Source of the DNA: a virus
Taxonomy: Duplodnaviria; Caudoviricetes
IMG/VR virus record: IMGVR_UViG_3300023170_000014
Span: 12,391 to 76,390 of that record
Reading direction: 5' to 3' (one strand)
DNA length: 64,000 nt
The notes beneath the pieces are model-generated. The model was not told where the DNA came from. It saw nothing but the letters and a program-made list of their open reading frames with translations, and searched no databases. Of this stretch, positions 55,955 through 64,000 are shown piece after piece (position 1 is the first letter of the stretch; each line of letters starts with the position of its first letter). The position numbers and the translations under genes were made by a program.

Positions 55955-57937
55955 ATGGATAATCTAAGTGAATATATACTAAGATTAGTAAGAAATAATC
56001 CTGCGGCAAAAACAGTTGTTGAACTATTATCTCCATTTGGAGAAGTTTATGTAGTTGGTGGAGCGGTTAGAGATGTTCTTCTTCAAAAGAAACCAAAAGA
56101 CATAGATTTGGTAGCAAGAGTAGACGAAGATATAATTAAGTCTGTATTAAGTAATTTCCCAAATGCAACATTAAATAAAACTGGAAAACAGTTTCCAGTA
56201 TATAGGTTTAGATATCAAAACGAAGAAGTAGAAATTGCTTTACCAAGAATAGAAACTAAGGTTGGAGAAGAAAGTAAAGATTGGGAATTTAAAAGTGATC
56301 CGTCTATTCGAATTGAAAGAGATTTAGAAAGAAGAGATTTTACTGCAAACGCAATTGCCGTAAACGCTCAAACCGGAGAGATTGTAGATCCTTTAAATGG
56401 AATTGATGATATTGAAAAGGGATTGTTAAGAGTTATCAATGAAAACTCTTTTAGAGATGATCCTTCAAGAACGCTTAGAGCATTAACTGCAATAAGCAAG
56501 CACGGTTTACAACCAGATGAAAAAACTAAAGAACAAATGCGTAAATATGGCCCGTACTTGGCTAAAATCGCTCCAGAGATTATGGGCATGGAATTAGATA
56601 AAATACTCAGCGGAGAACATCCTCATCAAGCAATACAAATTGGTCAACAAACCGGAGTATTAGAACACTTCTTGCCAGAAGTTCATACAACATTTGGTTA
56701 CGATCAAAAAAACAAACATCATAATTATGATCTAGGGACTCACCTGATGGAAGTTGTCAAAAATATGGCTCGCAGATCTGATGATACAGATATGAGACTC
56801 GCGGCTTTGTTTCACGATATTGGCAAACCAGATTCTGTTTGGTACGACGAAGAGGGAAATGGTCACTATTATAAAAATGATTCTGGTCAAGGACAAGACC
56901 ATGAAACTGTTGGCGCACAAATGGCTGAAGATATTTTAAGAAGATTAAGATATCCTGCAAACAGAATAGCAAGAATTAAACAATTAATTCAAAATCATAT
57001 GTTCCCCATTTTTAATTCATCAAAGGGAGCAAGAAAGTTTCTTAATCAAGCCGGTTCTTACGAAATTGCTCATAATTTACTTGATCTTAAAGAGTCAGAT
57101 TATTTAGGTAAAGGCAATGATAGTGCTACAAGAGAAATGTCTGATTTAATGAGGCAATTAATTGATGCTGAATATGAAGCACAAAATGCTTTTACTCCCA
57201 AAGATTTAGCAATTAATGGCAACGAAGTTATGCAACTTTTAGGCATTGATAGTGGCCCTCAAGTGGGAGAAATACTGAAATCTTTGATGGATATTGTTGT
57301 TGACAATCCTGAAATGAATACAAAAGATAACTTGTCTTCATTTATTAATAACTTCTATAAAAGTTCATCAAATGTAGAGTCAGCAATTCTTGAAATATCA
57401 AAGCAAATTAGAAGAGAAGCCGCTTGGCGCGACGTTGAAATGAAAGCAAAACGTCTAAAAGATGGCGGTCAAGTAGTAATAAACACCAATGCTGAAAATG
57501 CAGTTGAAGGAGTAGTACAGGGTGATAATGGTATTTACGAATGCATAATATATAGAGAAGACCCTAGCAGTCAAAGAATTACGCATTGGAACTGTGAGTG
57601 TAAATGGGGTCAGTATGCATACGGAAGAACAAGAAAATATAAGAAATTTGAAGGTCGGCCATGTTCTCACGTTATGGCAATGTTTTGGGAGTCAAGATCC
57701 TTACCAGTAGGGTATTTTGGAGCAGAGTTTGATCCTAATCAAACTTACAGTTTTGAACCAGATGCTCCAAACTATCAAGTTGTTCAACAAGATGTTTCTC
57801 AAGCAGGTAATCCGTTAGAGTTAGAAAATCAAAATTCTGAGTTTCCTCCTATGCCGCAAGGACAATCTCCTGCTCCACCTAATTTTGAAGAGGGGGAAAG
57901 AAGATCGTCAATTAAAAATAAATGGAAAAGGATTTAA
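55955..57937 (+). CDS. cca: CCA tRNA nucleotidyltransferase with HD domain, fused to a SWIM-like zinc-finger module
   Basis: VYVVGGAVRD...KDID, DLERRDFTANAIA, FRDDPSRTLRA, AALFHDIGKP; C-terminal WNCECKWG...RPCSH. Confidence 0.85.
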   Translation: MDNLSEYILRLVRNNPAAKTVVELLSPFGEVYVVGGAVRDVLLQKKPKDIDLVARVDEDIIKSVLSNFPNATLNKTGKQFPVYRFRYQNEEVEIALPRIETKVGEESKDWEFKSDPSIRIERDLERRDFTANAIAVNAQTGEIVDPLNGIDDIEKGLLRVINENSFRDDPSRTLRALTAISKHGLQPDEKTKEQMRKYGPYLAKIAPEIMGMELDKILSGEHPHQAIQIGQQTGVLEHFLPEVHTTFGYDQKNKHHNYDLGTHLMEVVKNMARRSDDTDMRLAALFHDIGKPDSVWYDEEGNGHYYKNDSGQGQDHETVGAQMAEDILRRLRYPANRIARIKQLIQNHMFPIFNSSKGARKFLNQAGSYEIAHNLLDLKESDYLGKGNDSATREMSDLMRQLIDAEYEAQNAFTPKDLAINGNEVMQLLGIDSGPQVGEILKSLMDIVVDNPEMNTKDNLSSFINNFYKSSSNVESAILEISKQIRREAAWRDVEMKAKRLKDGGQVVINTNAENAVEGVVQGDNGIYECIIYREDPSSQRITHWNCECKWGQYAYGRTRKYKKFEGRPCSHVMAMFWESRSLPVGYFGAEFDPNQTYSFEPDAPNYQVVQQDVSQAGNPLELENQNSEFPPMPQGQSPAPPNFEEGERRSSIKNKWKRI

Positions 57938-57939
57938 AA

Positions 57940-58296
57940 ATGTCAAGCAGTTTTCCCGAAATGAATGGTCAACCTTCTTATGTTAACTATAGAGAATTTG
58001 AAGATTTTAGACAGGAAAGCAGAGATGCGTTTGATAGTTTGACAATAGCACTAGATGAAAAGTTTTCAGGGTTGGGGGAACAAATCGAAAGTATAAAAAA
58101 TGAAATTCAAGCATTACAGATTGATCAACTTAAGTATCAACTAAATCAAACTGAAAAGAAAATGTTTGAAGAAAAAACAGAAACAACAGAAGATAGAAAT
58201 TATAGAAGAACCTTGACAGTTGCAATTATTGCTGCTATGATAGGTCCATTAGTAGGTGCTGTCTTAGGACTAGTACTAGGCTATATGATTCCATAA
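57940..58296 (+). CDS. coiled-coil protein with C-terminal TM helix (lysis cassette)
   Basis: Hydrophobic C-terminus; directly upstream of the endolysin (track start 57922). Confidence 0.6.
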   Translation: MSSSFPEMNGQPSYVNYREFEDFRQESRDAFDSLTIALDEKFSGLGEQIESIKNEIQALQIDQLKYQLNQTEKKMFEEKTETTEDRNYRRTLTVAIIAAMIGPLVGAVLGLVLGYMIP

Positions 58297-58305
58297 AGGT
58301 GTAAA

Positions 58306-59064
58306 ATGACAAAAGGTGAAAAAGTAGTAAAAAAAGCATTTCAATATTTAGGAGTCAGAGAAGTACCCTATGGCTCAAACCGTGGAAAAGATATTGACCG
58401 CTGGGAAGCCAGATGGGGCATGAAAGGCGAACCTTGGTGCGGAATGTTTTCAGACGCAATGTTTTCAGAAGCAGGAGTTGATGATGCAGGAATCAATCAC
58501 CCTTCTACTGCTGTTATTTGCCAAAAAGGTAAAAAATATAAGTGGAATGGAAAAGGGAAGATCCCGCCCGGATCTTTGTGGGTAAATTGTGGTACTCACG
58601 TTGCTATTATCACTGCTCACAACAGCGACGGAACAGTATCAACAATAGAAGGTAATAAAAATAATATGGTAGCAACAGGTCGTAGACCGATTGCTGGAGC
58701 AACAATTATTGTACCTCCTGCTGTAGATGATTATGTTCCAAATCCAGTTCGTCGTAAATATTGGCTAGAAGATTTAGGAGCGCAACAAAAACTTCTTACA
58801 GTCAATGGTAAGATTGCACGCTGGAAGAAAAAAGAATATCGTGATAAGGTACTAAATCAAATTAAGAATAGCCCACTTTATCGTGGAACAACTCTCGCTC
58901 CAGTCAGTCGTGGAGAGGGAAGAAATAAAAGATACTTTATCCGAGTAGGTGACTTGCGTTATTACGGTCCTTGGAATAAGATAGAGTATAGAAATGCGGC
59001 GCAAAAATCTCTAGAGAAGCGCTTAGGTAGAAGATTGCGTCGTTTTAGTAAGAAAGTTAATTAA
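58306..59064 (+). CDS. endolysin, CHAP domain
   Basis: YLGVREVP.GSNRG, PWCGMF (Cys), THVAII (His), TIEGN. Confidence 0.85.
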   Translation: MTKGEKVVKKAFQYLGVREVPYGSNRGKDIDRWEARWGMKGEPWCGMFSDAMFSEAGVDDAGINHPSTAVICQKGKKYKWNGKGKIPPGSLWVNCGTHVAIITAHNSDGTVSTIEGNKNNMVATGRRPIAGATIIVPPAVDDYVPNPVRRKYWLEDLGAQQKLLTVNGKIARWKKKEYRDKVLNQIKNSPLYRGTTLAPVSRGEGRNKRYFIRVGDLRYYGPWNKIEYRNAAQKSLEKRLGRRLRRFSKKVN

Positions 59065-59078
59065 CTTAGGAGATTAAA

Positions 59079-59450
59079 TTGAACACACCAAACATTAGCG
59101 TTGGTTGGGGTCCAGTAACTATTACTGGTATTATTACCGCAGTAACTGCTGGTTTGCTTTCTGTAGCAACTTTTCTAACAACGCTTACTGGCGCTTTGCC
59201 AGCAGAAGTATCTGATAAGTACGGTTTTTGGTTAGCGACTATCGCAGGTATTGTTTCTGCTCTTTCTCAGGCTATTGTAGCAGCATCACGTTCATACTTT
59301 GCTAATTCAAAGGTGCAACTTGCTAGTGCTGAAGCCTATGCAAATCCTGCATCTTTGACCGCAGATGTTGGCAATGATGTGGAAGTATTTGTTGACGATC
59401 CTGTAGTTTCAGATACAGATCTTAGTCCACCGATTACTCCAGAACAGTAA
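59079..59450 (+). CDS. holin-like membrane protein
   Basis: Two TM segments; follows the endolysin; AGGAG RBS with TTG start. Confidence 0.65.
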   Translation: MNTPNISVGWGPVTITGIITAVTAGLLSVATFLTTLTGALPAEVSDKYGFWLATIAGIVSALSQAIVAASRSYFANSKVQLASAEAYANPASLTADVGNDVEVFVDDPVVSDTDLSPPITPEQ

Positions 59451-59461
59451 TAAATTAAAAG

Positions 59462-59494
59462 AAATGAGCCTCCATTGTGAGGCTCATTTTTATT
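59462..59494 (+). terminator. intrinsic terminator
   Basis: AAATGAGCCTC-CATTGT-GAGGCTCATTT followed by TTATT. Confidence 0.8.
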
Positions 59495-59519
59495 GTATGA
59501 CTTTGACTTAATATAAGAG

Positions 59520-59897
59520 ATGAGTGCATTTAAAAGCGGGGAATACGTTAAAAATTTAGTTGAGATTGAGGGTACTGTAGTTGAGTATCGTCCACAGGAT
59601 CATCCAACAGATCCTACAGTTAATCCCGGTAAAAGCGGGCCAACTCCAGATACTCAAATTAATCAAAAAGTTAGGATACGAGAAGGTCAAGTCGGAACAG
59701 TTATGTATTCTGACGATATAACTACTATTGTTACTTACGATTTACATACAACGGGACCACTTGAACCTCATCTTATTAAAGCAGAAAGTTTTACTTCTAA
59801 TTTTAAAAGAGTTGTTAGAGGGACTAGACCCTCTAGAGGACCAAGTTATTTCCCAGATCGTAGACCTCCAAGAACAAATCCAACAGGAATGAATTAA
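59520..59897 (+). CDS. hypothetical protein (probably leaderless)
   Basis: ATG directly follows the TAATATAAGAG promoter-like element; no RBS. Confidence 0.6.
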   Translation: MSAFKSGEYVKNLVEIEGTVVEYRPQDHPTDPTVNPGKSGPTPDTQINQKVRIREGQVGTVMYSDDITTIVTYDLHTTGPLEPHLIKAESFTSNFKRVVRGTRPSRGPSYFPDRRPPRTNPTGMN

Positions 59898-59898
59898 T

Positions 59899-60774
59899 AT
59901 GTGGAAAAAATCTATGCCAAGGGGACTTGGGCCTTCAATTGAAGAAGGTGCAAATATAATTAGACAATTTGCGCTAACAAGAAACCATGCTAATGGCGAA
60001 TTTGGTTTTTCAACTGAAGACTTATGGCAAAGTGAAAATTGGCGCAACTATTGGTATGGGTTTGAACAACCAAATTATCAACAAATTAATGCTAGAATTG
60101 CAAGAGCAAAACAAAACAACTACATAGCGTCAGTCGGTGGCCTTTTTTGGTGGAAAGAAAACAGTAAGTATACGATATTTGAATTTGCAAAAGTTATGAA
60201 TACTTATTCAATTGATTTACCAAAATATGTTCATGACTTGTTTTATAACAGAATTTCACAAGAAATATTTAAAACTGATAAAAAACTTAATGATTCTCTT
60301 TATTATCTTCAACTTCTACAAGAACGTTTACAAAATCAAAATAGAAACTTAACTTTCGACGAATATTTAAATATTAATAATCAATATAATAAATTTTATA
60401 TGGAAAATATTGAAGCAAAAAAAACTTTTATTGATAATAAATACTATAAAGTGCTAAAAGAAATTGAACAGGCACAAGAAAAAGAAGTAGAAAATTTTAA
60501 AAAAAGTTCAACTCCACAAGAATGGCTCAAAACAAACTTTTCTAAAAATACTAGTCTTTATCTTCAACAAATAGTTGAAATGTTCTTAAAAGTTCCAGAA
60601 GAAACCTTAGAAGAATACAATAAAACTTTTTCTGCACAAAATCAAACACCACAAAATATACAATCATTAGAAGAAAGTCCTGTTCTTGATATAGTAAGTC
60701 CTAAAAAACAACATGAACAATATTGGATGAATTATTTTAACACTACATCAAAAAGCAAATGGAGAATTATTTAA
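59899..60774 (+). CDS. hypothetical protein with cargo-type terminal motifs
   Basis: Begins MWKKS and ends SKSKWRII. Confidence 0.6.
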   Translation: MWKKSMPRGLGPSIEEGANIIRQFALTRNHANGEFGFSTEDLWQSENWRNYWYGFEQPNYQQINARIARAKQNNYIASVGGLFWWKENSKYTIFEFAKVMNTYSIDLPKYVHDLFYNRISQEIFKTDKKLNDSLYYLQLLQERLQNQNRNLTFDEYLNINNQYNKFYMENIEAKKTFIDNKYYKVLKEIEQAQEKEVENFKKSSTPQEWLKTNFSKNTSLYLQQIVEMFLKVPEETLEEYNKTFSAQNQTPQNIQSLEESPVLDIVSPKKQHEQYWMNYFNTTSKSKWRII

Positions 60775-61170
60775 ATGAGTAATTCAAAAGTACCAAAAAG
60801 CAGATTAGGCCCTCTAAATATAGAAGATGCAGATATCGGCACTGCTGGTTTAAGCGTTTCTAACCTATCTGCTGGTTCAGCAACTTCTGGTCAAGCGTTG
60901 ATTTTTAACGGAACAGCATATGTGCCAACAGCATTACCAACATCAACTACTTTTGTTGATAACGAAGTTCCTTCAGGAACTAAAAATAACGTAAATGTGA
61001 CCTTTACGCTTGCGGGAACTCCAACTCCCCCAGAAAGTCTAAGACTTTATGTAGGAGGACTTTTGATGACTTCAGGAACGGCTGGAGATTATACACTAGG
61101 AACGTCTACTATTACAATGGCAACCGCTCCGGGTGTAAACGATTCAATAATTGCTTATTATAGGAAATAA
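60775..61170 (+). CDS. virion structural / fibre-associated protein
   Basis: ATSGQALIFNG; EVPSGTKNNVNVTFTL...LRLYVGGL...DYT beta domain. Confidence 0.65.
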   Translation: MSNSKVPKSRLGPLNIEDADIGTAGLSVSNLSAGSATSGQALIFNGTAYVPTALPTSTTFVDNEVPSGTKNNVNVTFTLAGTPTPPESLRLYVGGLLMTSGTAGDYTLGTSTITMATAPGVNDSIIAYYRK

Positions 61171-61171
61171 A

Positions 61172-61723
61172 ATGTCAGATTCTTTTAAGTGGAAAGTTAA
61201 TTGGGAAGTTAATAAATATAAAGCAGATTCTATTGAGATAGTTAAAAAACAATTAATAGAACCTTATGAAACTGTTAAAAGACAAGGAAATCTATTGCTA
61301 CACGGTGGAGCATCTGCTATGTGGGAATTCATGCTAGGAAATGGAATTAGTGGTGGAGGTTCTGCTTTATCATACTTTGATGCAAATAATGCCTATATTG
61401 GAATTGGAACATCTATTCTTCCGGCAACTGCTAATCAAACAGATTTAGACACTGGGGCTTTAGGAACAACAGACACCTATAGAGCATATGGTACGATGGA
61501 AACAGGGTATCCACTTCATTCAGACGGAACGGGTTCTGCTAATTCAACGATATCTTTTAGAAGTTCTTTTGGAAGTGCCGCTGCCGTGTTTCCTTGGAAT
61601 GAGTGGGGAATATTGAATGGAACAGTTGCAACAAGTCGTGTATTGAATAGAAAAGTTGATTACATCGGGACAAAGCAAGTTGGCGAAACTTGGGAAATTA
61701 CTATCAATATTACATTGAGTTAA
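61172..61723 (+). CDS. virion structural protein (fibre-anchor-like)
   Basis: NLLLHGG...YIGIG...ATANQTDL...WNEWGI...LNRKV...GTK (track start 61151). Confidence 0.65.
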   Translation: MSDSFKWKVNWEVNKYKADSIEIVKKQLIEPYETVKRQGNLLLHGGASAMWEFMLGNGISGGGSALSYFDANNAYIGIGTSILPATANQTDLDTGALGTTDTYRAYGTMETGYPLHSDGTGSANSTISFRSSFGSAAAVFPWNEWGILNGTVATSRVLNRKVDYIGTKQVGETWEITINITLS

Positions 61724-61727
61724 AAAT

Positions 61728-62264
61728 ATGAGTTACGATTCTTTAAGAACACCAATAACTAGAAAAGTATTAGATTTAAATGGTAACGCTATTGAGGGGG
61801 CCACTGCAAACATTACCACCGTCCCCGGCGCTAGCGTAGCGACTGTTTATGATGCTGAAACTGGTTCGGGCACAGTCACTCAACCACTTATTTCTAATGC
61901 TGACGGATCGTTTGATGGTTGGCTCACAATTGGTGTATATGATATAGAAATATCTTCTTCTTTTGGAACTGCAACTTCTCGTTATTATGTAGATCATCCA
62001 CAACAATCATTACTTCAAGGAACTGCTCTTGATGATAATAATTTCCAGATAAAAGACGATGATGATAGTAATCCTCGTTTAACAATTGATGCTGGTGGTA
62101 CGGTTGAGTGGGGTTCAGGTTCTGCGACAGAAGATACAAAATTATATCGTTCAGGTTCTGCTGAATTAACAACAGATGGAACATTTGTTGTTGGCACGAA
62201 TCTTAATGTAGGAGGGGATGATTTAGCCCTCTTAGTCAAACTTAACAAAGAGGTATTCGGATAA
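61728..62264 (+). CDS. virion fibre-like protein
   Basis: N-terminal prealbumin-like VLDLNGNAIEGAT...SNADGSF; one WGSG....DTKLYR repeat. Confidence 0.6.
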   Translation: MSYDSLRTPITRKVLDLNGNAIEGATANITTVPGASVATVYDAETGSGTVTQPLISNADGSFDGWLTIGVYDIEISSSFGTATSRYYVDHPQQSLLQGTALDDNNFQIKDDDDSNPRLTIDAGGTVEWGSGSATEDTKLYRSGSAELTTDGTFVVGTNLNVGGDDLALLVKLNKEVFG

Positions 62265-62617
62265 TGGCATCTATTAGCAAACTTTTACTATCTGGATCTA
62301 CTAATGGTAGGTTTATTCAAATAACAGGAACATCAACTGCTGGGGCTAATACAATCCATACTGCCGTATCCGGCACCGATGACATTGATGAACTTCACAT
62401 TTTTGCAACCAATTATCACACTAGCGATGCAACTCTAACAATTGAGTACGGTGGAACTGGTGCAAATAATGAAGTTTCATTCACACTTCCTCCAGATGTG
62501 GGTCTTATTGAAATTATCCCGTCTTTTGTTTTACAAAATGGACTTGTTGTGAAAGCATATGCCGACGTTGGATCAGTTGTTAATGTCGGTGGATTCGTGA
62601 ATAGGATTACAGCATAA
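62264..62617 (+). CDS. virion structural protein
   Basis: LSGSTNGRFI...TIHTA...DELHIFATN...GFVNRIT. Confidence 0.6.
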   Translation: MASISKLLLSGSTNGRFIQITGTSTAGANTIHTAVSGTDDIDELHIFATNYHTSDATLTIEYGGTGANNEVSFTLPPDVGLIEIIPSFVLQNGLVVKAYADVGSVVNVGGFVNRITA

Positions 62618-63501
62618 TGGGCGCTCCAATTGTAGTAAATACCGTTAAGGTTCAAGGTACAGTAACTGCTGATCCGTCAACAACGGTTCCTGTGCTTGGT
62701 ACGGTTTACCAAAACGCAACATGGAATGTAAACGCTATTCAATCTGGAGTGTGGAATGTAGGTGGAACCGTCAATCAAGGTGGCGCTTGGACTGTAACTG
62801 CTGATGTTGGTTCTGGAACTTGGCCCGTCACTGCAATCCAATCAGGTAACTGGTTTGTTGGCGGAACTGTTGAGGCAACCAATGCTGATACTGGCGCACT
62901 TTATGTGCAAGGAACAACAACTGCAACGATACCAAACACAGCCCCTGCTTATGTTGCAGGAACAACAACTGCAACTAATGCTGATACTGGCGCTTTGTAT
63001 ATACAAGGTACTACAACAGTTACAAATCCATCAACTGACGCACTTTATGTACAGGGGACTACTACTGCAACAATACCAAACACTGCTCCCGGATATATTG
63101 CTGGTACAGTAACTATTCCAGCCTCTGCTCCCGCTTATGTCGCTGGAACAACTACCGTTACTAACGCAGACACAGGCGCTATATACACTCAGGGTACAGT
63201 TTCTGTTGCGGGAACTGCAAATGTTATTGAACGTGGTTCGACAATTGATCAAGGATCTGCTAGTATTACTACTAGTATGGGAACAGTATTAACAGCAGAT
63301 GCAAACAGAAGAACAATTTTACTCCAAAATCTTGGGAGTGACTATGTATGGATTGGCGGATCAACTGCAATTGTTGTCAATACAGGCGCCAGACTTGCCC
63401 CCAGTCAATCATTAGTAATTGATAAGGCTCCAACCTCTGCAATATATGCTATAGCGTCTAGCGGAAGTCAAGTTATTAGTTATTTTACGGAGGCTGACTG
63501 A
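62617..63501 (+). CDS. repeat-rich fibre-like virion protein
   Basis: 16-aa Thr-rich repeats; C-terminal RRTILLQNLG...VWIGG jelly-roll. Confidence 0.65.
   Translation: MGAPIVVNTVKVQGTVTADPSTTVPVLGTVYQNATWNVNAIQSGVWNVGGTVNQGGAWTVTADVGSGTWPVTAIQSGNWFVGGTVEATNADTGALYVQGTTTATIPNTAPAYVAGTTTATNADTGALYIQGTTTVTNPSTDALYVQGTTTATIPNTAPGYIAGTVTIPASAPAYVAGTTTVTNADTGAIYTQGTVSVAGTANVIERGSTIDQGSASITTSMGTVLTADANRRTILLQNLGSDYVWIGGSTAIVVNTGARLAPSQSLVIDKAPTSAIYAIASSGSQVISYFTEAD
62870..63210 (+). repeat. ~48-nt (16-aa) imperfect tandem repeats
   Basis: ATNADTGALYVQGTTT / ATIPNTAPAYVAGTTT alternating units. Confidence 0.8.
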
Positions 63502-64000
63502 TGGCGAACCTGTCAGCGTTCGGCGGGGCGCAGCCCATCACTCCGGGTGGACTGGTGGAGTTGGGGTACTCGGAGAACGATAACGCCGTCACCCTCACTG
63601 CTACATCGTCTGCGTCACCCGACTGGCTTACGCCGGAAATGACGTTGGTTTGCGACGGCTCACCAGTTCTTGTCGAATACTACGCGCCAATCGCTAGGGC
63701 AACGCAGGACGCTGCGGGAACCGGCGACCAACTCAACTTCTCTCTTGTCTATGACGGTTCTGTGCAAGAGGACAGTTGGGGAAGGGTCGCCAACCGCACG
63801 AACGCTATTGGGCATCTTGTCCCTGTGGCGCTGCAATACCGCATGACCCCGGCTGTTGGTTCGCACACTTTTAGGGTTGGCGGCTACGTCAGCAACGCAT
63901 CAAGGAACGGATACGTTGGAGCAGGTTCGCCATACCCTCCGCAGTTTCTCCGCGTCAGCAAGATCGTCCAGCAGAACGACGGCCTCAAGCCCTTCTGGAC
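63501..64000 (+). CDS. 3'-truncated GC-rich fibre/receptor-binding-like protein (not in ORF track)
   Basis: GGAGG RBS; TGATG overlap; open frame MANLSAFGGAQPITPGGLVELGY...TPAVGSHTFRV...PQFLRVSKIV running off the window. Confidence 0.7.
   Translation, partial: MANLSAFGGAQPITPGGLVELGYSENDNAVTLTATSSASPDWLTPEMTLVCDGSPVLVEYYAPIARATQDAAGTGDQLNFSLVYDGSVQEDSWGRVANRTNAIGHLVPVALQYRMTPAVGSHTFRVGGYVSNASRNGYVGAGSPYPPQFLRVSKIVQQNDGLKPFW

Noticed and set aside
63660-63866. - strand 68-aa ORF
   Set aside because: Shadow of the open + strand frame starting at 63501

Overview
A 64 kb segment of an AT-rich (roughly one-third GC by eye), large-genome contractile-tailed phage. Its capsid, protease and tail genes resemble Bxz1-like (mycobacteriophage cluster C-type) actinophages; the host is inferred, not shown. 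The + strand carries head genes (maturation protease/scaffold, decoration protein, major capsid protein), neck, sheath, tube, a -1 frameshifted tail chaperone, tape measure, baseplate with peptidoglycan hydrolases, fibres and a lysis cassette. An inverted block (about 42.8-50.4 kb, - strand) holds dut, class II RNR, 11 tRNAs without encoded CCA, a compact tmRNA, a TrmH-like methylase, a deaminase and glf. Four things stand out. (1) Large modular proteins whose unrelated domains (GNAT, PcfJ-like, nucleotidyltransferase, CCA-adding enzyme, SWIM, papain-like, and a HicA-like module inside the protease itself) are separated by K/R-x-A/S and S-K-W linkers that also punctuate the scaffold, suggesting protease-processed head cargo. 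(2) Three glycosyltransferases plus Glf, with strong Gly-Thr enrichment confined to surface-exposed virion proteins, suggesting a virion O-glycosylation system. (3) Apparent avoidance of AGCT and CCWGG, extending into tRNA D-stems. (4) An unusual translation kit: tRNA-Ile(UAU), a deviant initiator tRNA and a long-tag tmRNA. All calls are from motif reading; no database searches were run.
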